Below, piece after piece: positions 1 to 8,120 of a DNA stretch of 48,334 nt. The stretch is taken from contig JANOQV010000011.1 in the NCBI GenBank assembly GCA_031414955.1, positions 1-48,334 of the forward strand. Direction: 5' to 3'. Both the position numbers and the translations under genes were made by a program. This stretch comes from Pedosphaera sp. Lineage in GTDB: Bacteria > Verrucomicrobiota > Verrucomicrobiia > Limisphaerales > SIBH01. Below the pieces are notes generated by a model. That model worked only from the letters and a program-made list of their open reading frames with translations. It did no database searches and was not told the DNA's origin. The first letter of the stretch is position 1; the number at the start of each line of letters is the position of its first letter.

Positions 1-162
1 CTTGGGCTTGGCCGCCGGCTTGTCTGCTGCCCCCGTTGGCTTGACTGGACTGACGACAGGGACCGCAGCGGCCGCAGGTGAGATATTCTCCGCCGCGAAA
101 AGCGCGGTGTGCAAAACGGAGGCAAGGAGCGTGAAGGTGAGACGGGTTCGGTGTGTGTTCAT
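1..162 (-). CDS. N-terminus of a secreted protein, running off the window edge
   Basis: Manual translation from the ATG at 162 gives MNTHRTRLTFTLLASVLHTALFAAENISPAAAAVPVVSPVKPTGAADKPAAKPK. It is open to base 1, with a signal-peptide-like start and an Ala/Pro/Lys linker. Confidence 0.6.
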   Translation of the reverse strand, partial: MNTHRTRLTFTLLASVLHTALFAAENISPAAAAVPVVSPVKPTGAADKPAAKPK

Positions 163-261
163 GGCTGTTTCATGAGTAAAAACGATTCAACAGGGCGAAA
201 GCGCGATGTTGTGTTCCTGACTGAACTCAATACACAGCAACTCTGCAATCAGCAAACCACC

Positions 262-390
262 ATGAAACAGGCATCACACTTCACCCGACGGCAGTGGCTG
301 CGAGCCACGACAGCAACGACGGGCGGTATCTTGCTGCCCGGCACGATGAACCTCGCCGCCGCGCTTTCCGACCAAGGGCTGGATCGACCG
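262..390 (+). pseudogene. Orphan 5' fragment with a twin-arginine (Tat) signal peptide
   Basis: MKQASHFTRRQWLRATTATTGGILLPG has an RRxWL motif and a hydrophobic stretch. The frame then runs into ubiD remnant sequence with no mature domain. Confidence 0.45.
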
Positions 391-451
391 TGGGGAAGTC
401 ATGTTCATCAAACCGAAGCCGTAGGAGCCCGCCCCGTTCGTGGCTCAGGCT

Positions 452-782
452 CAGGGCATCGGGCCAATGATCTCGCGACTGCGGGACCAAATACCCGTGG
501 TGCTGGACGACGAGTGCTTGCACACGGCCACCGGACATGCACAACACCAGCGAAGTCCTCTTCCGCCTCTGCGCCAACACCGATCTGCAACGCGACAGCC
601 TCTTCACCAAAGGCCCGTCCGACGTGCTCGACCACGCGACCAGAGACATCGCCAGCAGCAGCAAACTCGGCCTCGACGCAACGAAGAAAATTCCCGGCGA
701 AGGTTTCAAACGCCCCTGGCCGCCGCTCATCAAGATGGATGCGGCGGTGAAGGCGAAGGTGGAAAAGCTTTTCAACCCGTAG
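452..782 (+). pseudogene. ubiD: 3' remnant of a UbiD-family decarboxylase (copy 1)
   Basis: ORF 537-782 (HNTSEVLFRLCANTDLQRDSLFTKGPSDVLDHAT...KLGLDATKKIPGEGFKRPWPPLIKMD) resembles the UbiD/MqnL C-terminus. A degenerate G.G.M..TKY.VVLDD lies just upstream, and the N-terminal part is absent. Confidence 0.8.
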
Positions 783-802
783 CAGCCGACGTGAGGAGGC
801 TC
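779..802 (+). repeat. GTAG-type REP-like element
   Basis: GTAGCAGCCGACGTGAGGAGGCTC is a GTAG foot plus an AGCC/GGCT stem. A related inverted copy is at 9857-9880. Confidence 0.55.
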
Positions 803-819
803 AAACTCGTCCCGCCGAG

Positions 820-1338
820 AATCCCAACGGGATTCCGTCCCAAAGCCCAAGGTTGCGAGGAACGAGCTACCTTGGGTATGCGTCCCCAAATGGAAACCAA
901 CCGCAACGCGGTTGTGACCAAAACCATTCGTTTGAGGTCGCGACGAATTTGCCGCAACCGCGTTGCGGTTGTTCCCGTTTCGCCACGTCCACCCAAGGTA
1001 GGCGCGGGTGCGCCAACCTTGGGCTGGTGGCCGCAATCCCTTTGGGATTGTTCGCGCCCGAACGCGATTCGATTTCATCACACCGCCACGCGCTCGCGCC
1101 ATCCGAGAATCCCAACGGGATTCCGTCCCAAAGCCCAGGGTTGCGAGGCACGAGCTACCCTGGGAAAACGTCCGGAGAGAATGACAACCCCAACGGGGTT
1201 GTGGCCGTCTTCACACGCGCGACGAACGAAAACGGCATTGCCACAACCGCGTTGCGGTTGGGAATGTTTGTTGAACGATGACCCAGGGTAGCTCGTTCCT
1301 CGCAATCCTGGGCTGGAGGACACAATCCCTTTGGGATT
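820..1338. repeat. Two tandem long palindromic REP/BIME-like units next to a RAYT-like gene
   Basis: Units 820-1049 and 1108-1338 both start AATCCCAACGGGATTCCGTCCCAAAGCCCA(A/G)GGTTGCGAGG and end CAATCCCTTTGGGATT. Each is a nested imperfect inverted repeat. Confidence 0.85.
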
Positions 1339-1405
1339 GAACACCGCCGCCGCGTCACACCGATTCGCGCTCGCAAACGCCACCGCGATTCACCATCCTC
1401 CCGTC

Positions 1406-1579
1406 ATGCCACAATCCCTTTCCGCCGTTTACATTCATCTGGTCTTCTCCACCAAAGACCGCCGCCCGCTCTTGCGCGATAAACCCACTCGCGACGCGCT
1501 CCATTCGTATCTCGGTGGCGTCTCCAAACAACTCGATTGCCTGCCCGTTCGCGTGTTTTCTCACGATGAGGCAGCGTGA
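1406..1579 (+). pseudogene. tnpA: Truncated IS200/IS605-family (Y1/HUH, RAYT-like) transposase
   Basis: MPQSLSAVYIHLVFSTKDRRPLLRDKPTRDALHSYLGGVSKQLDC is a typical TnpA Y1 N-terminus. Similarity stops near 1545, before the HUH motif. Confidence 0.8.
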
Positions 1580-1646
1580 ACACTGCGCTGCCGGTATCCT
1601 ATCCGCAGGCTTGTCGCACACACCGAAACGTGGCAACTTCTTCGGC

Positions 1647-1904
1647 GTGAGCGCAACATTGACGGTCAATCTGGATGCGGACGTTCTCCAACTCGCCGAG
1701 CTGGAGGCGAAGGCACGTCACACCACGCTCTCCGAGGTCGTCGCCCACCAGTTGCGCGTGATGGCCCGCAACTGGCAGGAAAGCCGGTCGGGCAAGACGC
1801 CGGTCACGGATGCGTTGCGCGGCGCGGTGAAGCTGCCACCAGATTTCGACGAGCGCGCTGCCTTGACGGAAGAATTGCAAAAGAAGCATGGCGTCCAAGG
1901 ATAA
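1647..1904 (+). CDS. Putative ribbon-helix-helix antitoxin (DUF6364-like)
   Basis: GTG start. The sequence TLTVNLDADVLQLAELEAKARHTTLSEVV...LRGAVKLPPDFD overlaps the downstream PIN gene. Confidence 0.7.
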   Translation: MSATLTVNLDADVLQLAELEAKARHTTLSEVVAHQLRVMARNWQESRSGKTPVTDALRGAVKLPPDFDERAALTEELQKKHGVQG

Positions 1905-2325
1905 AATCTGCCTGGACACCGATGTGGTGCTGGATCATCTCGCCGACCGCCAGCCGTTCGCTGAATACGCTCACCGCCTCTTCGCTCTCGCAGAAACCGG
2001 CGAACTCACCGTCTGCGTTTCGTCCCTCTCATTCAGCAACCTCTATTACATCCTGCGGAAGCTGAAGGGACGTGCGGATGCGCTGGCCTTGCTCGGCAAG
2101 TTGAAGTTGCTCGCCCGGGTTTCCGCCGTGACCGACGCGGAAATCAATTCGGCACTTTCGTCGAGCTTCAAGGACTTTGAGGATGCAATTCAGCATTTCG
2201 CCGCCAAGGCGGAAGGTGGAGTCAGCGCCATCGTCACGCGAAACAAGGCCGATTATTCCTCCAGTGAGATTCCGACTCTATCGCCAGAGGAATATCTTGC
2301 GAAGCACGAACCTGCTACGGGCTGA
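1888..2325 (+). CDS. PIN-domain toxin
   Basis: PIN motifs LDTDVVLD, DFEDAIQ and IVTRNKADY, coupled to the upstream antitoxin. Confidence 0.85.
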   Translation: MASKDKICLDTDVVLDHLADRQPFAEYAHRLFALAETGELTVCVSSLSFSNLYYILRKLKGRADALALLGKLKLLARVSAVTDAEINSALSSSFKDFEDAIQHFAAKAEGGVSAIVTRNKADYSSSEIPTLSPEEYLAKHEPATG

Positions 2326-2367
2326 ACAGTATTTTCCGAAACAGCATCGAGAATTGCGCGACGAGAT

Positions 2368-2387
2368 TTTGTCGCATATGCAACAAA
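2368..2387. promoter_or_regulatory. 20-bp palindrome just downstream of the paaX-like stop (copy 1)
   Basis: TTTGTCGCATATGCAACAAA has 18 of 20 positions self-complementary. A homologous copy is at 3407-3426. Confidence 0.45.
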
Positions 2388-2400
2388 GGTTTGCACCGGG

Positions 2401-2658
2401 CTATTCAGGTTTGAAAGTGCGCAGTTGCCGGCTGGCCGCCCGGAGCACTTCCACCCGTCTGCCTTCGCCAAGGCTACGGCAAGACAGGCCGCCGCCACGC
2501 CTGTTGCCCCAGGTAATCGGACGGCAGAATCCGGCCCGGCAGCAGCCCCGAATGCTTTCGGGGTTCGTCACCGCTTCCAGCCACGCCTCGCGCTCCGCCG
2601 CCGCCCAGCGCAACAACGCCTTCGCCGCCGCGTCGTTCCGCAGCGCGCCGGGAACATC
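2401..2658 (-). pseudogene. 3' remnant of a PaaX-family regulator (copy 1)
   Basis: Reconstruction across two palindromic insertions gives GALRNDAAAKALLRWAAAEREAWLEAVTN..LLPGRILPSDYLGQQAWRR..RVEVLRAASRQLRTFKPE*. This resembles the PaaX C-terminal DPLLP..LLP.D..G motif. Confidence 0.6.
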
Positions 2659-2702
2659 GCTTGATATGGGCAGCCAGCGGTGTGAATATGGGCCGCCATA
2701 TC

Positions 2703-2945
2703 ATGAAGACGACGATTGAAATCGCTGACGATCTTTTCGAGCGTGCCCAACGGTTCGCGCGGCAGGAGAAGACCACATTTCGTTCATTGACCGAGCAAGG
2801 GTTGCGACTTGTGTTGAAAGAGAAGCAAGGCAAACCCATGAAGCTTCCGCCGCTGGTCACAGTTCCGGGCGGACTGACCGATGAATTCAAAAACGCTCCG
2901 TGGGAGAAGATTCGTGACGAGATATACAAAGGCCACGGCGCATGA
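2703..2945 (+). CDS. VapB-like antitoxin
   Basis: MKTTIEIADDLFERAQRFARQEKTTFRSLTEQGLR is an RHH-type N-terminus. There is an ATGA overlap with the toxin gene. Confidence 0.8.
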   Translation: MKTTIEIADDLFERAQRFARQEKTTFRSLTEQGLRLVLKEKQGKPMKLPPLVTVPGGLTDEFKNAPWEKIRDEIYKGHGA

Positions 2946-3379
2946 TCGCCGTTGACTCAAACCTCCTGATTTACGCGCACAAGGAAGGCAGCCTATTCCA
3001 CACTGCGGCGGCGGAACTGGTTGATTCCTTACGTCATCAAAGGACGGCATGGGCCATTCCGTGGCCTTGTATCCACGAATTCATCGGCATCGTCACGCAT
3101 CCCGGCATCTACAAACCGGCCTCCACCCTGTCCGAAGCGCTGAGTTTTCTGGACTCGTTGTTTGCCGCGCCGCACTTGCACCTGTTGTCCGAAAGCTCTG
3201 GCTACTTCGACCGACTGCGCGAGCTCGCCAGCGCCGCACGACTGAAGGGGCCGCGCATTCACGACGCCCGAATCGCCGCGCTGTGTCTGCATCACGGGGT
3301 CAGCGAACTGTGGTCGGCGGATCGTGATTTCTCCGCGTTTCCGCAACTGACCGCCCGCAATCCGCTGGTCAAAACTTGA
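2942..3379 (+). CDS. vapC: VapC-family PIN ribonuclease toxin
   Basis: Motifs MIAVDSNLLIYAH, HEF, HDARIAAL and SADRDFSAFP. Confidence 0.85.
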   Translation: MIAVDSNLLIYAHKEGSLFHTAAAELVDSLRHQRTAWAIPWPCIHEFIGIVTHPGIYKPASTLSEALSFLDSLFAAPHLHLLSESSGYFDRLRELASAARLKGPRIHDARIAALCLHHGVSELWSADRDFSAFPQLTARNPLVKT

Positions 3380-3406
3380 CTGGACCTTTGTAGTTTCATG
3401 CAAGTG

Positions 3407-3426
3407 TTCGTTGCATAGGCAACAAA
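3407..3426. promoter_or_regulatory. 20-bp palindrome just downstream of the paaX-like stop (copy 2)
   Basis: TTCGTTGCATAGGCAACAAA, at the same distance from the stop codon as copy 1. Confidence 0.45.
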
Positions 3427-3439
3427 GTTTTGCACAGGG

Positions 3440-3660
3440 CTATTCGGGTTTGAACGTGCGCAGTTGCCGGCTGGCGTCCCGGAGCACTTCCACCCGCCGC
3501 CGGCCTTAGCAGGCGGCCACCGTGCCGGTTGCCGCAAGTCATCGGACGGCAGAATCCGGCCCGGCAGCAGTGGATCGTGCGTCACCGCCTCCAGCCACGC
3601 CTCGCGATCCGTCGCCCAGCGCGGCAACGCTTTCGCAGCCGCGTTCGTTCCGGCTTGGGC
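3440..3660 (-). pseudogene. 3' remnant of a PaaX-family regulator (copy 2)
   Basis: NAAAKALPRW..DREAWLEAVTHDPLLPGRILPSDDL...RRVEVLRDASRQLRTFKPE* is a direct repeat of 2401-2640. Confidence 0.6.
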
Positions 3661-3695
3661 GTTGCCGAGGGCGGGCAGCAGGCGCAGGCCGTCGG

Positions 3696-6600
3696 TCAGG
3701 GATTGGGCAATCGCCTGACCCGATAGAAGTCGTTGACCGCGCTGGCGCCGACAGTGAACGGTTCGCCCTGATTCACCTGGAGGCTGTCGATCTCCCATCC
3801 ATTCGTAAACGGCCCTGTCGTGTTTGAGTCGCTGGCCGCCATGAACCGCACCTGGATTGCGTCACCAGTATTGAAGTTTCCGAGAACAGCCACGCTGGTG
3901 AGGAAACCATTGGTATATCCCGGTGACGTGCCGACCCAGCCCTGCTGGCCATCGAGCGCTGATCCCACGGTACCATTCACGGTACCATTGTAGCCGTTGC
4001 TGGTGAATGATGTGCCTGGCACCGCCACGAAAGCACCGCCATTCACACTCACACGCAACTGATTGCCATCCCAATTCCTTGAGTCCTGTTCGCGGCTCCA
4101 GCGATGGTTGAATGACAGAACCGCCTGGCCAGCGGCCGTAATCGTCAGCGGTGGGCTGTCCAGGAAAGAGGTATTGGGATGGCCGTTGTCCGGCAGCCCG
4201 TGCCCGTATTCCTGCCAGGTTCCCGCGCCTGAATTATAATTCCACGGTCCAGCGTAGGGTTGCGGCGTCGTCACGGTGAATCCGCCGTTGCCGGAGTTGA
4301 AGGTTTCCGTGAACAGACCCAAATCCATGCGATTCGTGGCGGTCGTGTCGGTGAAGGTCATGGGATTGAAGTTGGCGGTGTTGCTCCAAATGGGGGTCCA
4401 ATTGCTCAACGTTGCGCTGCGTTCCACTGCGTAACGCAGGCCGAGGTTGGCCGAGTAAGAAAATGCGAACCGAGTGCCGGATCGTTGCACTGCGCTGAGC
4501 ACGATCGGCACCGGGGTGACGTTCGTGACCGTAACCGTCGCCGATCTTTTCGTCGCCCCGCGATCATCCGTGGCCACGGCGAAGAGGGCATGCGGGCCCG
4601 CGGCGATGTTCGTCACGGCCAGATGGAACGGCGCGTTGCTGACGCTGCCGACCAGCGCTGCGTCGGAGAAGAAATCCACCCGCAATACCGTGCCGTCGCT
4701 GTCCGCGGCATTTGCCTGAATCGTTCCGCCGAAAGGCGCCGCGAGAATGGCGCTGTTAGTCGGGCTGATGATGCTGACCATTGGCTGAACGTTGACCGTA
4801 TTGGTCGCTTCCACCGTGAGGGTCACGTCATTGCCATCGCCACCGATGTAGCTGAGGCGAAAAGGCATTCCCTTCAGGGTGGTGACAGTCCCTTCGGGTC
4901 CCAGGAATTCGTTTGCGACCAGACCTGGAGATGTCTTCTCGACGATGGTGTAAACCTGGCCCGCCTGCGGATTAAAACCAGCAGACGGAAAAAGGTAGCC
5001 ACCGGACAGGTTCACGTCGCCAGGGGCAACAAGTCTGCCGTATTCGCCGACATTGGTCCCATTGAGATGAATCAACAGGGTCCGCCAACTCGCCGGAGAG
5101 GCGCCCGGACCACCGAAGTTTTTGATCGAAAGCGTTGAGTCGGGAGTGATGTAGCCGCATCCCGTTAGCTCTCCGACCACACCGTCACCGGTCAGAGTAG
5201 GGCAGCTGGCACTCTCCATCTCCCAGAGCATCGCAATGTTGACGTTCGGCTGTGAACCCTCCACACGGAGTGTGTTGCCGCTGCTGCCATGAATCTGTGC
5301 GGAAACAGCGTGGGGATTATCTCCATGGAGAGCCAGAGTGCCGTACTCCACGAAAAGGCTGCCTCCAGTGAATTGTCCCCTGATGACCAACTGCATCGAG
5401 TAAACGTAGAGACTGCTACCTCCAACATTTCCGATCACCGTCAACTCTCCAAGGTAGAAACCCCGGATTGACCAGACTCCCCAAGTGGGAGTTGCCGGTG
5501 TTCCAGTGAAGGTCAAGTCACAGGCAATCACGTTGGTCCCCCCGTTGTTGATGATACAATCCGCACGATTCGTCAGCGCAATCGGATTGCCGCGAATGGT
5601 GTGCCTGCTGGCTCCACTAAACGTGATTGAGCGGAAAATGCTGTCCGGTAAATCGTTGGTGCTCACCATGTCTCCAGGCGGCAAGCCACCTGGAAACACG
5701 AGGTCGTTGCCGTTGACGGGCACTCCGGCCGGAGACCAATTGGCCGGTGCGGACCAGTAGCCGGAAGGATCGGCGCCCGTCCATGTGTTTGTGGCTGCCC
5801 GGGCCGGCTTGAACGTTTGATTCGCTCCGGACCCCGCGCCAAAGGCATTGGTGGCCACCAGCCGATAGTGATAGTTCGTCCCGGTCGTCAGTCCGTTGAG
5901 CACGACGTTGAGGTTCGACACGCTCGAACCCTGTCCGACGTCCTGCGTGCCAATCAAATTCCCATAATTCGTGTCCGTTCCCCACTCAAACCACGCGGTC
6001 GTGGGCGAGCCGCGCGGATTGACCTGGCCGTTCAACCGCGCGCTGTTGGTGGTCAGTTGATCCGCGGCCAGAGTCGTGACGGCGGGTCGTTGATTGATCG
6101 TGCATTTGCCGGAAGCTCCAGCTTGATAGATCGCCAGGATCTCCTGTCCGCTCAACGCTCGCCCATACAACGACCATTCGTCGATTAAACCGTGGTAAGG
6201 GAAGTTATGGAATGTGCCGCCAGCATTTCCAATTCCCACCGCCGCTTCCAAGCTCGGGTTCGAGTCCAGATTCCTGAGCGGACGCAACGGCGTGTTTGTG
6301 TGGCTCACCACCGAACCGTTGACGTAGAGATCCAAATCCCCATTGGCGCCATTGAGCACGGCCGCCACATGCGTCCACACGCCGATGGGCAGAGTGTTCG
6401 GGTCTTCGATATCCGCAAAACTGTTGTCCTCAGCGACGATTCCCCAATGCAGATGGCCGGAGCTGGTCAGCCCCATGTAATAAGGATCCAATCCGCCCCA
6501 ATCATCCCCGCGGATAAAGATGATCCCCGGTGCCCAGGACGCCGGTTGGAGCCATCCTTCAAAGGTTAGTGAGTTTGTCAGCTTGAACGCGTCTGAGTCC

Positions 6601-8078
6601 GGGATGCTCACCCGTGAGCGCACGCCATCGAAACTGAACGCCTGGCCGGTGCGGCCCGGGGCGAATGCGGTCCCAAAAAACAACTGGCCGTCATGCGCTC
6701 CCGTCGCGTCGTTCGCGTTACCTTCCGCGCGCCACCACGCCACCAATCCAGAAGGCACAGCAACGCAGTTATTGACACTCACTGTGATCGAGTTGGTCGC
6801 CCTGGCGTTTTGATTATCCGTCGCCACAGCCGAGAGCAGGTAGGTGCCGGGCCCAAGATTGTTCACGTTCGCGCTGTAAGGGCTGACCGTATCTGTGCCC
6901 AGGGAAGTCGAGTCGAGGAAGAATTGCACCTGGCTAACACTGCCGTCAGGATCCGAAGCGCTGACCTCAAGTGAGAAACTGGCTGGCGCGTTGAACACTG
7001 CGGTAGCAGGCGGGTTGGTGATGGTGACGGTGGGCAGCCTGTTCGATTCCACCGTGAGCGTGACGTCATTGCCATCACCACCGACATAGCTGAGGCGAAG
7101 AGCCTTTCCGTTCAAGATGGTGATAGACCCTTCGGGGCCGAAAATTGCGTTTGTGATCGCACCCGGAGATGTCTTCTCGACGATGGTGAAGACTTGCCCT
7201 CCCTGCGGATTAAAACCACCAGACGCACCAAGGCTGCCGTAGTTCAGGCTCACGTCTCCAGAGGCAACAAGTTTGCCGTATTCGCCGACATTGGTCCCAT
7301 TGAGACGAATATCCAAGCCACCCCAACCGCCGTAGCGACCGAGGTTGTTGACCGAAAGCGTTGAGTCGAGAGTGATGTGACCGCATCCCGCTATGTTTGC
7401 GACCGCACCGCTGGCGCTCAGAGAAGCGCAGGCAGCACTCTCCATCTCCCAGAGCGTCGTAAGGTTGAGGTTCGGCTGAGAACCCTGGACAAGGATTATG
7501 CCGCCCACGTTCGTTACGGAAAGAGCGTGGGGGAAATCTCCATAGAAAGACTGAATGCCCCCGTAAGCATGAATGCTGCCTCCAGGGAATTGTCCCCGCA
7601 TAACCAACCGCCCGCCGGCAACGTAGAGATTGCTGCCCCCGATGTTTCCGCTCAACGTCAACTCTCCAGGATAAAGAATGTTGATTCGGGGCCACTGGTA
7701 ATACGGAGCTGACGGTGACGGTATTGCACTGAAAATCCAGTCACAGGCAATCTCATTGGTTCCGCTGTTGATTATGACACTTGTACCATTGGTCAGCGTC
7801 ATCGAATTGCCACGAATGGTGTGGCCACCGGCCAAATTGATTGAGCGGAAGATGCGGTCGGTTAAATCGTTGGTGCTCACCTTGTCTCCGGGCGGCAAGC
7901 CACTTGGAAACACGAGGTCGTTGCCGTTGGTGGGCACGCCGGCCGGAGACCAATTGGCCGGTGCGGACCAGTAGCCGGAAGGATCGGCGCCCGTCCATGT
8001 AGTCGTCGCCGCCGCCGCCCGGGCGGGGACGATTGCGAGGCTCAAAACAACCAGTGCCATGAGATGCCGAATGTTCAT
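3696..8078 (-). CDS. 1460-aa secreted multidomain protein: duplicated beta-helix-like module, Ig-like domains, LamG-like domain, Fn3-like domain
   Basis: Signal peptide. Two TWTGADPSGYWSAPANW...GGDGNDVTLTVE modules are each followed by an Ig-like P.V.I..P...A.D.DG.V..V.F domain. There is a LamG-like GLVAWW..EGNAND...IDE..LY.RALS..EI domain and an FYR C-terminus. Confidence 0.9.
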   Translation of the reverse strand: MNIRHLMALVVLSLAIVPARAAAATTTWTGADPSGYWSAPANWSPAGVPTNGNDLVFPSGLPPGDKVSTNDLTDRIFRSINLAGGHTIRGNSMTLTNGTSVIINSGTNEIACDWIFSAIPSPSAPYYQWPRINILYPGELTLSGNIGGSNLYVAGGRLVMRGQFPGGSIHAYGGIQSFYGDFPHALSVTNVGGIILVQGSQPNLNLTTLWEMESAACASLSASGAVANIAGCGHITLDSTLSVNNLGRYGGWGGLDIRLNGTNVGEYGKLVASGDVSLNYGSLGASGGFNPQGGQVFTIVEKTSPGAITNAIFGPEGSITILNGKALRLSYVGGDGNDVTLTVESNRLPTVTITNPPATAVFNAPASFSLEVSASDPDGSVSQVQFFLDSTSLGTDTVSPYSANVNNLGPGTYLLSAVATDNQNARATNSITVSVNNCVAVPSGLVAWWRAEGNANDATGAHDGQLFFGTAFAPGRTGQAFSFDGVRSRVSIPDSDAFKLTNSLTFEGWLQPASWAPGIIFIRGDDWGGLDPYYMGLTSSGHLHWGIVAEDNSFADIEDPNTLPIGVWTHVAAVLNGANGDLDLYVNGSVVSHTNTPLRPLRNLDSNPSLEAAVGIGNAGGTFHNFPYHGLIDEWSLYGRALSGQEILAIYQAGASGKCTINQRPAVTTLAADQLTTNSARLNGQVNPRGSPTTAWFEWGTDTNYGNLIGTQDVGQGSSVSNLNVVLNGLTTGTNYHYRLVATNAFGAGSGANQTFKPARAATNTWTGADPSGYWSAPANWSPAGVPVNGNDLVFPGGLPPGDMVSTNDLPDSIFRSITFSGASRHTIRGNPIALTNRADCIINNGGTNVIACDLTFTGTPATPTWGVWSIRGFYLGELTVIGNVGGSSLYVYSMQLVIRGQFTGGSLFVEYGTLALHGDNPHAVSAQIHGSSGNTLRVEGSQPNVNIAMLWEMESASCPTLTGDGVVGELTGCGYITPDSTLSIKNFGGPGASPASWRTLLIHLNGTNVGEYGRLVAPGDVNLSGGYLFPSAGFNPQAGQVYTIVEKTSPGLVANEFLGPEGTVTTLKGMPFRLSYIGGDGNDVTLTVEATNTVNVQPMVSIISPTNSAILAAPFGGTIQANAADSDGTVLRVDFFSDAALVGSVSNAPFHLAVTNIAAGPHALFAVATDDRGATKRSATVTVTNVTPVPIVLSAVQRSGTRFAFSYSANLGLRYAVERSATLSNWTPIWSNTANFNPMTFTDTTATNRMDLGLFTETFNSGNGGFTVTTPQPYAGPWNYNSGAGTWQEYGHGLPDNGHPNTSFLDSPPLTITAAGQAVLSFNHRWSREQDSRNWDGNQLRVSVNGGAFVAVPGTSFTSNGYNGTVNGTVGSALDGQQGWVGTSPGYTNGFLTSVAVLGNFNTGDAIQVRFMAASDSNTTGPFTNGWEIDSLQVNQGEPFTVGASAVNDFYRVRRLPNP

Positions 8079-8120
8079 AAGATGACGTGCTGAAGTTTCA
8101 TCGAAGCCATTTCTGCCCCT

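Noticed and set aside
820..1338. Possible CRISPR array
   Set aside because: Only two long nested palindromes, no regular repeat-spacer period and no cas genes.
281..1383. Many overlapping ORFs such as NPNGIPSQSPGLRGTSYPG
   Set aside because: These are translations of the palindromic REP units and ubiD antisense, not genes.
4810..8005. Possible diversity-generating retroelement TR/VR pair
   Set aside because: Both copies are in frame within one gene, differences include indels and all bases, and there is no reverse transcriptase in the window.
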